DNA of 64,000 nucleotides from Paraspadella gotoi. Lineage: Eukaryota > Animalia > Chaetognatha. The stretch spans positions 24,935,783-24,999,782 of the forward strand of contig CM119267.1 of the NCBI GenBank assembly GCA_051294375.1, read 5' to 3'. Both the position numbers and the translations under genes were made by a program. Below are positions 23,093 through 35,000 of the stretch, piece after piece. Numbering within the stretch: the stretch's first letter is position 1; every line of letters begins with the position of its first letter. A model generated the notes under the pieces. The model searched no databases. It was not told the DNA's origin and saw nothing but the letters and a program-made list of their open reading frames with translations.

Positions 23093-26000
23093 TCATTCCT
23101 TCCCGACAACTTCGTCGACGACGTCCTGACTCCACCTCCAAAACTTCTCGGCCAAGGCCTCGTTCAAGACCTCTGAACGTCTGATGTCGAAGGGGCGACA
23201 CTCGTCGTAGTAGAGACCGGACTGACCTTCGAAGTCTTTGCTCACCACCGCGCAGATCGTCGTCTGCGCTCCCTGCTCGGGCGTCTTTCGGAAAATGGTG
23301 AACTGGATTTAAAATTAAATAGTAACTAGATAACTCGTCAATAATCATTAATCATTGTCAAATAATGAAATCAATATCCCCACCGGTGGGAATCCAGTTT
23401 TAGGAGCGTTGGGATCATCTCTCAAGAGGCCGATCTCTGTGGCGACCATCCCTGGGTGGACGACGAAAGCGGCGACGCCGGATCCGCGGAGCCGCTTCGC
23501 CAATTCTTTGGTGAACAGGATATTGGCCAATTTGCTGTTGGCGTAGCGAACCTGGACAAGATAAGATGAGGGTAATTGACTTGAATCATTTTTGAGGGGT
23601 TGAAATAAAGATCTACAACCTCATTTACATATTGTAGTATTTATAAATTCTATCTAATAATATTAGAGAGTGAGCCAAACCGATGATACAAAAGAAAAAT
23701 TAATTATACATAAACTATATACCAATAAGAAAAAATTATAACACCAATTGAAAGAAAAATCATTGACGTTTTTAAAAAGTTCAAAACATTGCTTAAAAAC
23801 ACTTTAAAACATTCTCAAAATGCTATCAAAACAAGTACAAAAAACTCGGCATCGCTAGAAAAAATTCTTCATGGAGCAAAAACCTTGTCCAAAAGCAGCT
23901 CTATTTTTTTAGTATTACAAAAGTCATAACTTTGGATTCTGCTTACAAACCTTTCTAGTTCTCAAGCACCAAAAGAAAAAAATAAGATTTTACAGGTTGG
24001 AACCTCAGAATAGCTAAGGAATATTCCCTCTTCTCGAACTGATTTTTTTTTAAAAATTAAGGTAAAAAACTTTTATGCAGCGGTCAGTGGTCACTTTATC
24101 GAGCTTAAACTACCAATTTTTTAAATTGTCTTACCATAAGCACTCATCTTTCTTTAGTTTTTCAATATAGGACAAGCTAATAATAGGCAGTGAATAGACA
24201 TCTTCGTCTTGCCAATAATCTTTTGGCACAAAAAAGCATTCTTGGAAATTGCTTCGTCAGCCAGCGAGAATTATTTGAATAAAGGCTAGAGCATCATTCT
24301 TTCCAGAACCAAAAGGTTTTTGGACTTAATAGTGAGAAAAAAAACCAATATATCTGTAACACTGTCCTAAAAACTTAATACATTGCAGTCGATTTTTAAC
24401 AAATATGATTCGCCGACAATTTGGCGATTTTACCATCTTTGTTAGTAGAGCCAAACTTTGTCAATGGGGTGGGTCAGAAGTTTGATTTGGAAACCTTCCC
24501 AAATGAAACTTCATACATTTCTGAGAAAACTTTTAATGGACCAAAATTTTCTAAAATGACTAGAAGCACTAGTAATTAATTTTTTAATATTTATTTTTAG
24601 ATAGGAAATGTCAAAATTGTTTTTTTGAATTTTGTATTTTTAAAAGCAGATTCAGATAGCTTATAAAAAGTTGTCTCCACCAAGAATAATTCTTTTTTCA
24701 ATACTTTGATGATAAGTGGGTTAAAATTGGGAAAAACCTGAAAAAATCATTCTCATCATCATCATCCGATGATTTTAGTAGTTTTTGCTTATTTTCAGTA
24801 ATAAAACATCAAAATTTTAAAAAGTTGTAATTAAATTTTTTGCATAACTTTTTGAGACCTATCAGAATCAATTAAACTTAAACTACCGCTATTGTTAGGG
24901 GTAGCCGCACTCAATGGGGCGAGTCAAAAATTTATAGCGAGCACAAGCTCAGCGAAAATTTATATATTTTCAAGTATACTTTCAATGGACAAAAATTTTC
25001 TCATAATATGATTTTAATACTATAATCTATGCTCATGATAAATTATTTTAACGTTGTATACATTATCATTTAAATTTCATCGGCTATGGCTATCTTTGTG
25101 AGAAAATAGATTTGAAGTTGTTAATAATAATTGATTAAAATAAAATCTATACATAAAAAACATCAAGTAGTTATTTATCATTTTAAAAAATCTGAACAAG
25201 TCTATCTCAACTCAGTAAAGTACGGCAGTGGTTTCTTCCGTATCATCGGATTTGGCTCATGGGGTAATAATGATAATACATAATATTGTATTGAACTAAG
25301 TTCGGAGAAGTGGCTGTCTTTGAGTTCTAACTGACTAGGCTAATTCTGCGTATTGAAGACAAAATGAATTCATTATTTTATTTTTTTAATTAAATTTTTT
25401 CCCTTTTTTTACATTTTCATTATATATATTTAGAGAAAAACAAAGTTTTTAATTGTGGTACAANNNNNNNNNNNNNNNNNNNNNNNNNGTACAACGAATT
25501 TAATTGGAGATACGGACATGTTTCGGCTCACATTTCGAGCCTTCATCAGCGTTTGCCATAAGGAAAATATTTGTGCAAAAAGAAGGGTGTGAGAGAGAGA
25601 GAGAGAGAGATAGAGGTAAAGGTTTTCCAACAAAGTGGTGAGACAGAATAGTGTCAGATGAGAGAACAGGCTGAAGTTGAGGACAAGATTGAGTGAGTTG
25701 TGAAAAGAAATGAAATTTGTTAGAGAGAGAGAGAGAGAGAGAGAGAGGGACAACAGGGATAAATAAATAAGTATTAAAGATACATTTTGTAATGTACAAA
25801 CAAAAGTAAAAATTTGAAAAACTAAATCTTTCTAAATCTAATCTAAATCTTTCCGTCAGGTTTCGATACCCAGTGCAACATTCACTGGTTAACCACCACT
25901 CTCCTCTCAGCCTATGACGCGCTAATGACCTGGCACCATCGTCTCTGTCCTTCATTTGCATATAAAACAAGGGGGGCCAGCTCATTTTGAGCTCTTTCTT

Positions 26001-29000
26001 TCTCCTTATATTTCACTTTCCTATCCTCCTAACTATCAACTATCCTTTTCACATTTCAAATTTCATAATTCATGTTACTATCCTTTAGCTAACTATTTAA
26101 TTAGATAATTGTTAAACTCTTACTGACATTTAGTTTTTCAAATTTTTACTTTTGTTGTACATTACAAAATGTAATCTTTAATACTTATTTATTATATCCC
26201 TGTTGTTTCCTCTCTCTCTCTCTCTCTCTCTCTCTAACAAATTTCATTTCTTTTCACAACTCACTCAATCTGTCCTCAACTTCAGCCTGTTCTCATAGCT
26301 GACCACTATTCTGTCTCACCACTTTGTTGGAAAACCTTTACCTCTACTCTCTCTACTCTCTCCTCTCTCTCTCACACCCTTCTTTTTGCACAAATATTTT
26401 CCTTATGGCAAACGCTGATGAAGGCTCGAAATGTGATGAGCCGAAACATGTCCGTATCTCCAATTAAATTCGTTGTACCACAATTAAAAACTTTGTTTTT
26501 CTTCTAAATCCTAATAACAACGAAAACGAAAGGGTTATCACATCATTATATATGTTCCGCGTACAAACGTTGCAGTTAAGGAAAAAAACGACTCCTTCCA
26601 CTATTGTTCAGTTTGTTACTTACAATGTTTGATTAACTTTGTACGCACAACACAAATTAGGCCCGGAACGAAGGATTGTGTTAAAAAACATCTCCACCCA
26701 TTTTCTAATGATAAAATAGTACCATTTTGGCAATTTTTTAGCCAAAAAAATTATGTCCATTTTTGTCCAATTTTTACTTACGACTTCTGATTTGGAATGC
26801 CAAGGAATACGTTGAAGAAAAATTTTTTACTTGGAAAAATCCGTTCTTCTTATCTTCTTTACCTCTGGGGTAAATTTATTAGTTAAATTCATTTAGTGGT
26901 TGCCTATAAATTAAATTTTAAAGTTAAACAAGTCAAAAAGTTGGAGTTTCAGTCTTTAATCATAATTTTGTTAAACAAAATTAAAATCAAATTGGTTGAA
27001 ATTAACAGAAAATGTAGGCCTATTGAATAAGCTTTTAACACCTATAAAATTATCAAAAAACTTTTCTGGTTTAGCCGCACAAATAATTTTAAAGAACCGT
27101 CTTTTAATTGTGACTTTTTGTGACTTGCATTTATTTTTGAAAACGGAGAAATTTTCAACTTCATTTATTAGTTTTAAAAGTGAGGTACATACTGCAGACC
27201 ATTGATTAATAAAAAAAACCCCGCATCCTTTTAATCCACTTGGAAGAGCATCAGGAGCTTGTTTTTTCTCAAAATCGACAGATTTTGGCGGGAAAAATTT
27301 TCCCGCAAAATTCTGTGCGATTACTAAATTTGCTTAGGCAACCAAAAATTGAAAGAAAAATCCAATGCGGCTACCATTCATTTCTTTCTTATAATGCCTT
27401 TTTTAAAAAGAATTCTTCTTTGATTTGGCTCAATGTAAATGTAGTGAGAGTGAAGACGAAAGTGGAAAACTATAAAAGAGAAGGGAGAGAAATGAAAGAG
27501 CGAAGGGTAAAAAGGCAAAAAAAACGAAGGGCAAATGGGGAAAAAATAGTGAACAATTGTAAGGTCAGAAAAGAAGGGAAAATGAAAGAAAAAGGAGGGG
27601 AAAAAAAAGGAAAGAATGAAAATGAGAAAAACAGGGTGAGGAGTGCCATGATGACCGAAAAGGTAGGGGGCCAAAAAAAATGGTAAGTGAAGCGTAGAAG
27701 TAAGGGCGAGGAACGAAGGAAGAGGAAATAATATAAAGTAAGAGAAGAAAGAGGTGAAGAAAAAATTATATCAGGGAAAAAGGTATGAAAGGAAAAAAAA
27801 TTGTATCGATAATGTGGCGTCTTACCTAAAATCTTTTGTGTCAGTAAAGACATGAGGATCTTATAAGGAACGATCTTTAAAAATCATCTGTACCCATAAA
27901 ATTCAAGCATATTTTTTTTCTAAAATTAAGCGTTAATGAGATTAGATTGACACGCATTGGAAGAAATCAATTCTTACGCGGTATTTTTAACTCATAGAAA
28001 TTTACATGGGGGAGTTCTAAGTGATAGAAGGAGATAACTTGAGACTAACCGTTTTTTTAAATGAAGAAAGCTTCGTACTAACCAATTGAGATCAAGAAAT
28101 ATGGTAATTCAAATTGAAGTCAGATTTCGTTGTCCTAAAAGAACCGATTGTTGCGAAACATATATAATATTTATGGTTCAAATGGAACCGGGATTCTTCA
28201 ATGTTCATCCTCACCAACAGTGAGCACTGCTCTGAAAACGCGGACATCTCCCGAGAGAAAACCAAAGAGGAAACCTCTTTTCCCCGCCTTTCTCTTTCCT
28301 CTTTCACATACGCTACCTCAGTACGCCGTCACGAACAGGAATCACTCGTAACAAGCAACAAGCAGGGGGAATCCCGCGAAGACTTCAGTGAAGTGCCACG
28401 CCACTTTGAGCCGGATTGTCGTAGAAAGGGGGGATGAGAAGCCGCAAAAACCAGTCCATGGACGAAACCTGACCTGAAAACTGACGGCCGGATGAAGCAA
28501 TGGCCGAAAGAGCTGTCGGGCGATCAGACCGGATTCCTCTCTTTTTTTTTTTGTAATGTACAACAAAAGTAAAAATTTGAAAAACTAAATCTTTCTAAAT
28601 CTAATCTAAATCTTTCCGTCAGGTTCGATACCCAGTGCAACATTCACTGGTCAACCACACTCTCCTCTCAGCCTATGACGCGCTAATGACCTGGCACCAA
28701 TCGTCTCTGTCCTTCATTTGCATATAAAACAAGGGGGGCCAGCTCATTTTGAGCTCTTTCTTTCTCCTTATATTTCACTTTCCTATCCTCCTAACTATCA
28801 ACTATCCTTTTCACATTTCAAATTTCATAATTCATGTTACTATCCTTTAGCTAACTATTTAATTAGATATTGTTAAACTCTTACTGACATTTAGTTTTTC
28901 AAATTTTTACTTTGTTGTACATTACAAAATGTAATCTTTAATACTTATTTATTTATCCCTGTTGTCCCTCTCTCTCTCTCTCTCTCTCTCTCTAACAAAT

Positions 29001-32000
29001 TTCATTTCTTTTCACAACTCACTCAATCTGTCCTCAACTTCAGCCTGTTCTCTCATCTGACCACTATTCTGTCTCACCACTTTGTTGGAAAACCTTTACC
29101 TCTATCTCTCTATCTCTCTCTCTCTCTCTCTCACACCCTTCTTTTTGCACAAATTTTTCCTTATGGCAAACGCTGATGAAGGCTCGAAATGTGAGCCCGA
29201 AACATGTCCGTATCTCAATTAAATTCGTTGTACCACAATTAAAAATTTTTAATTCTTTAATGGAATACTAAATTCCTATATCGGTCGCCATGCACGAAAT
29301 GGCTTTTGTTCGCGCTAGGTCGATAGATCGCCCGTTATCAGAGTAAGAAAAAAACGAACAAATAACATCGATAGATTGAAAAAAGAAAATCCAGGGGAAA
29401 GCCGTCACGTGACCGCGCTCGCAATGTGGAGCCCGGCAAGATCGCCAAGCCGGCTCCCTCCCTCATCCGGGTATACGGAAGCTAAACGTCCCTAGAAAGA
29501 ACCTGAGCGGAGGCGCGCTCCACGTCGACGTCCCTGCAGTGGAAAACGGAAGAAGTCTGCGCGCGCAGACCAATCTCTCCGCGCCGAAGGCATGACGCGC
29601 AGGAATGACGCGAGGATGACGCGAAGGATGAGCCGGAGCTCACTCCGTGGGCAACGGCGTCCGAGACCTCGGCCATCAGCGCGCGTCGCCCCGGGGACGC
29701 GAAACGTCCGCTACTCCAAAAGAGCTCTTGAGAATGGAGGCGAAACGCTGAAGTCGAGAGTTGACGAAAAGGCGGCGCGTGGGCGCAGAAAAGAAAATGC
29801 GTGCGGCGGCGCGAAATTCCGAACAGAAGAAGAAGAGCCATTGCCGCAGCGCCTGAACCGGGCAACGATCTGAGAGAGCGGCAGCGAAATCGAGAGACGA
29901 ACGCCGGACCCATGGTGTCCGACCTGTCCGTCTTCGAGAGCCGCGATGGAACCAGCCGAACGTGACTCTGCCGCTAAAGAGAGAAGGGCCGCGTTCGCAA
30001 AGACGAAGAGACGATCTCTGAAGGGCGACGAGCTGACCGCTAAGGCGCCGAGAAAGAGCGAGCGTCGTAGAGAGATCCGCTCGGCGCGATCGGAAGTGGC
30101 GGCCAAGTACGAGAATGCGTAAACGCCGCGCCCGCATTCCACGTGCGAAAACCGACGTGAGGGACGCCGTCTCCTCGAAAGCCTCCCTTGAGAAGGCGCC
30201 GGACCCAAAAGATGGCTCTCCCAACCGGCGCCTTCCGCGCCAGGGGGAAAGAAAGCTGAGATGGCCGAATCTGTGAAGTTGATACCCGTGCTGTTTACGA
30301 GACGGCCGCTTCTCGCACACGAAAACCGAGAGATCGTGAGAAACATCCTCTACAAGAGAAGCTTGCGATCCTCCGAATCCTCTCCATCCTGGAGGAAGTC
30401 GCAGGAGCTCAGCTCTGGCGTAGTCGCTCTCTGGTAGAGCTCTCCCAGCCCGTCGACGGTGACGGATGAAGGAGTCGTCCGATGTCGGGAGAGATTGTGG
30501 CCACCTCGTAGCTAAAAATCATCCAGACGACGAGCCTGAAGGCGATCCTCCTTGCGGGAGGCGGAAGCCCGGACCACGAAGTCGACCGACAGAGGGTAGT
30601 TCGGCGCGGAAGGCGCTCTCGCGTCCAGAATCCCGAAGGAAAAAGGGGGGGTCTGAAAGCTCACTTCTGAGCCGGCCAAGGAGTGAATCAAGGAAAAAGG
30701 TGCCCCTAGCGCCTTCCTGCCAACTTGCGGATGCCGCCACCACTATCAGCAAGAAGAGGGGGAGGACAGGAGATAGGTCGGTCGAAGACCCAGGTGTTAG
30801 GCGCCAAGCGTGCGTCTATCCCCCTCCGCCTCCAGCGTGGCCTTCCAGGCGCAAAAAACGTGGGAAACTATGAGCCGACGGGAGTCGCGAAAGAGATCGA
30901 AGGCTGGGTATATGTACGAATATGTCGACCCATCTGATGGGGAACGGCCTCGGTAAGGGTTTTCCAGTCCGCCACTTGCCGGCCTCCGACCGGGCCCCAT
31001 GCCGCGGTTCCGGTGAGATGAGAAACTCCTCGAAGAGAGATGGACTCCTGAAACCATGGACCCTCAGGTAGGAGGTAAGGAGAAGTGTCTCCCAGGACTA
31101 CTCGTCGTGTAGAGCCTGCGACGCTGCTGCGACTCCCAGACGAAGGCAGATTGAGGACGAGGGCTGTCCCGTCTCCAAAGGATGGACGCGCCGTGGACGG
31201 AAAGCTCCGAAATCGTTGGAGGAAGATCCGTCAGAATTGTGAACTCCGTCACATTGAAGAAGGAGAGGTTGCATCCGCAGACGACCAGGTCCCTCGAGCA
31301 GCTGGTCCTGAAGGAGAGACTTCATCCCTGCGGACGAAGCATCCGTCGTCACGCTCCAGCGTGCAGCACCGTCCGGGAGGAGGTCGTCGATCGGAGCGAA
31401 GCAGCTGGTCTGGAGAAAGGGCTGCGATCCACCGCAGCTCTCCAATCGCCCGCGAGTGGAGAGGAAACGACGCGGATCGATGTATCCTTCTGCCGCTTGA
31501 AGACGCGAATTGGTGACGTCTCGTTGAATCCTCGAAGACACCAAACGCAAGCAGCGGAACTGCCAAGACGCCGCCGTTCGAAAGCCTAGATAGCTGATAA
31601 GGCACTGACGGGCCACAGTGGTGCGGTCGTTGACCGAAGATTCTCTGCGAGAGCGCGAAAGAGTCGAAAGACTTCGTCTCCGGGAGCGAGATGGAATGGG
31701 AGAGGTGTCCTAAACGAAACCGAGGAGATTCTAATCTGCTGAGACCGGGCAGGACGTGTGCCTCTGAAGGTGGATGATGGACCCCGCTCCTTGAGTAGCC
31801 ACATCGCCTTCCAGAGTGGTCGTCGACAACGATCGGCGTCGCCAAGATCCAGGATCAAGATGTCCGACTAAATAAAGAAGGCCATGCGATCCCTGTTGGC
31901 GGAGGCCACTGCACTAAGGGTTCTCGCTCGATTGGGTTGAAGCCAAGGGCCTGTCGAGAGGACCGAATGGAAAGGACTCTGGAGATGCGCCGCTTCCAAT

Positions 32001-35000
32001 GAAGCGGCAAAAAATCCGATGATCCTTGTGGATCGGAAGATGGAGATAAGCATCTCGAATGGTCTATCTGACGGGCACCCCAATTCCTCGTCTCGAAACA
32101 TCCTGTCGAACGTCCGGTGGCTCCTTCATCCGGAATTAAGGCGGCGAAGGAACGAGAATAGAGCTTTTTACTAAGTTCGAAATCGGGGCGCTCAGCCTCC
32201 ATCCTTACTTCGTAACGAGGAAAGCTTGGAAAGAAGCCCGGAGAAAACCAGCGGACTACCTCTGAAGCGCGTCTTCTCAAAAGCCGCCGCAATCTCCGCG
32301 TCGACCAAGGCGTCTCGGTCACCAAAAATGGGTCTCGTCCGAGGGGAGACGGAAGCGTGCTGGAACTGCTTTCGCCATCCCTCGAGATGGCATCCCGAGA
32401 AGCATCAGGAGAATGGGCGACGGTCTCGCAGACGAGCGTCCTCCTTTTGAAGAGACGAAGCCGACTCTCGACGGGGCTTCCGGAAGAAGCGTCGGCGTGG
32501 AAAAGTCCGTGTCGAGATCAGTCATGGGCGTTCCGAGGCCTAAAACCTGGGCGTGGACTCGACGAGGCGGCGACCGCGAGGGAGCGCGTTTGGAGTCATT
32601 TCGCCCGGGACGAGTCCCGGGCCCCTTCCCGACTCCCGACGTTATGCGGGGAAAAGACATTCTTGGTCACTCAGCGCTTGAAGGAAGACTTCGAGCGGAA
32701 ACGGAGGGCGCATGTCGGCAGCGGGTTTTGGCGGCGAGCGCCGTTTCGTAGAAGCGTCGAGTTTGAGCGCCGATTTCCACCTGCGGCTTCCTGCATACCA
32801 AAAAAAGGAAGGTGTGCGGTCGTGGCGCGGAGCGAGAAAGCGCTGGCCGCGGACAATCCATGCGGCGCCACAGCGGGGACTTGGCGGCGAATCGTCGCGA
32901 CTTGAAAGGTTGAGGGACGCCGCTTGAAAAGAAGCCGAGCGTTCGCGAAGCGGGGCGCATTAAGGGCGTCAACGCTTCGCGCTGACCTCGTTTCTCTGGA
33001 CGAGCCGGAACGGAGAGCCTCCTCTATTATCCGTGCAGCAGCATCGCAAAGTAAGGATTGGCATGCAGCGTAGCGCCGTTCTTTCCTGCAGCTGATCGCA
33101 CGAGAAAGGGAGCGGAGGCAGCCCCCGTTATTTCCTTGGAAAACGCCGACTCGAAATGGAGCGGAGAGGCACCGTGTCCGGCGTCCTTGAGCGTGAACTC
33201 GGAGGCAGAAGCGACGTCGATCCAGTGCGGTTATTTACTTGCCGATCGCTGGGCATCCCAGCGACGTTCCAGTCGGACGTGAGGGAAGCCCCTTCGCCAA
33301 CGCTGCAAGAAAAAAACGCACCGTAGAACTGGAACCGGCTAGCAAACGGGTCGTCTGACCTGCTGAGGACAGGGAGCCGTCGAAACGGCCGACGTCTGTC
33401 AATCCGAAAGACGCAAACTTCTCCCTCCTCCCCGAACGGAGGAGTACTTGGCGTCCGCGTATCCGGCACTGGTGTGGGATCGATGACGCTCGAGGTAGAG
33501 GCGAGACCGTTGTGACGGTCCGAGGCGGGCGCCCTATCTGAGGGGGAGGGCCGCCTACTGGAGTCGCGAACAGCGATGAGGAACATCGAGACTCCCGTCA
33601 AACGAGGCGTAAGCGTAGTGGGGTAGAACGAGACCGATACACGAATCGTCACATGTAAAAAAATGTAGCGGTAAACAAATTAGCGCGATGAATTAAACGA
33701 AAAACTCCCGAACCCCCCCCCCCTCCCTTTCCCCAACCTCCTTTCCCTAAGCCACGCCCAGCCACGAAAAAACATTGGTAGGAGACAAACAAGGGGCGGA
33801 CGGTGCCGGATACGTGGCGAGGCGGACCGATATAAGAATTAGTATTCCATAAAGAATTAAAATTCTTGATATCGCTCCGCTCCAGCGAATGCCCATGCCA
33901 AGAGGCGTAGGAAAGCGGTTATTTCAACAAAATATTTCGATCGTAAACAAGAGCAAATAAAAAAATCTAAAAACTCTAAAATCGAATAATCTTCGAACAA
34001 AGAAAGAAAGAAATTAAAGGACGACAAAAAAGAGCGGAGGCGAGGCGTTTGAAAAACGGAGCTAAAACCCCCACAAACCGCCCTCTTGGCGGGAAAAAAC
34101 TACCGCCCCAAAGCGTCGAATCGTCCGCTGAGACTTGCGGCGAAATCGTCGAAATCCCTCCTAAAGCTGTTCAGCGACGAACATCGGTCGTAAGGACAGA
34201 CTCCAGTCCTCTGGTCCCTTCGTCCGGCTTTGGGGGACGAACAGACCGGCCGCCTTGGTCGAACGCATGCAATGAAAGGGCGTCTCGACGAAAGCCCCCA
34301 CCGCTCGGCGGGCAACGGAACTGTCGGTTGTCGGGCGCCGAGTCCCCAAATACGCGACGGAATCGGGCTGCCAAAAACACCACGGTAAAAGGGGGGAGAA
34401 TGCGGCGATCAGCGTGGCGGGCAAGTGGCGGCGGGGCCGCGAGACCGCGCGTCGTCCTTGGACACCTCTTCAAGCCCCCGAGGGATCTCCGGTCCCCTCT
34501 CTACGTTTTGAGACTTGTCGAACAGTTTTCGGCTGTCAGACTGCTTGTCCGAACGTTCGTCTCTACTTGATAACTTCCAAATGAGCGGGTTCGAACGTTA
34601 GATATCTACGAAAAAATCGTAGAAATCCAAGAAAAAACGCAAATCCAAGTAAGGGAAACAAACCGGAACTAGATGAGCGCGAAAAAGAATGAGGCTTCCG
34701 TATACCCGGAGTGCAGGGAGGAGCCGGCTTGGACTGCCGGGCTCCCATTGTCGAGCGCCCCCCGGTCACGTACGGCTTCCCCTGGATTTTCTTTTTTTCA
34801 TCTATCGATGTTATTTGTTCGTTTTTGCTTACTCTGGATAACACGCGCGATCTATCGACTAGCGCGAACAATTAAGGGCATTTCGTGGCAGGCGACCGAT
34901 ATTCAGAACTTTGTTTTTCTCTAAATCCCAATAACAACGAAAACGAAAGGGCTTATCCACATCATTATATTATATAAATTTTGTGTTCCAAATGTTCAAC

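Larger units (their letters stand above)
25427..26550. mobile_element. Palindromic Penelope-like (pLTR)/retrozyme element with a hammerhead ribozyme in each arm
   Basis: Inverted arms about 25427-25827 and 26128-26507 around a ~300-bp core; (CT)n tracts; hammerhead motif in each arm; no ORF. Confidence 0.7.
28545..34970 (+). mobile_element. Second copy of the hammerhead element (28545-29243 plus 34909-34970), split by the DIRS-A insertion
   Basis: Nearly identical to 25787-26550; the site CAATTAAAAA|CTTTGTTTTT, intact at 26481-26500, is interrupted here. Confidence 0.8.

Noticed and set aside
27240-27853. Lys/Glu-rich and Phe-rich ORFs
   Set aside because: Purine-rich low-complexity intronic DNA with no domain features.
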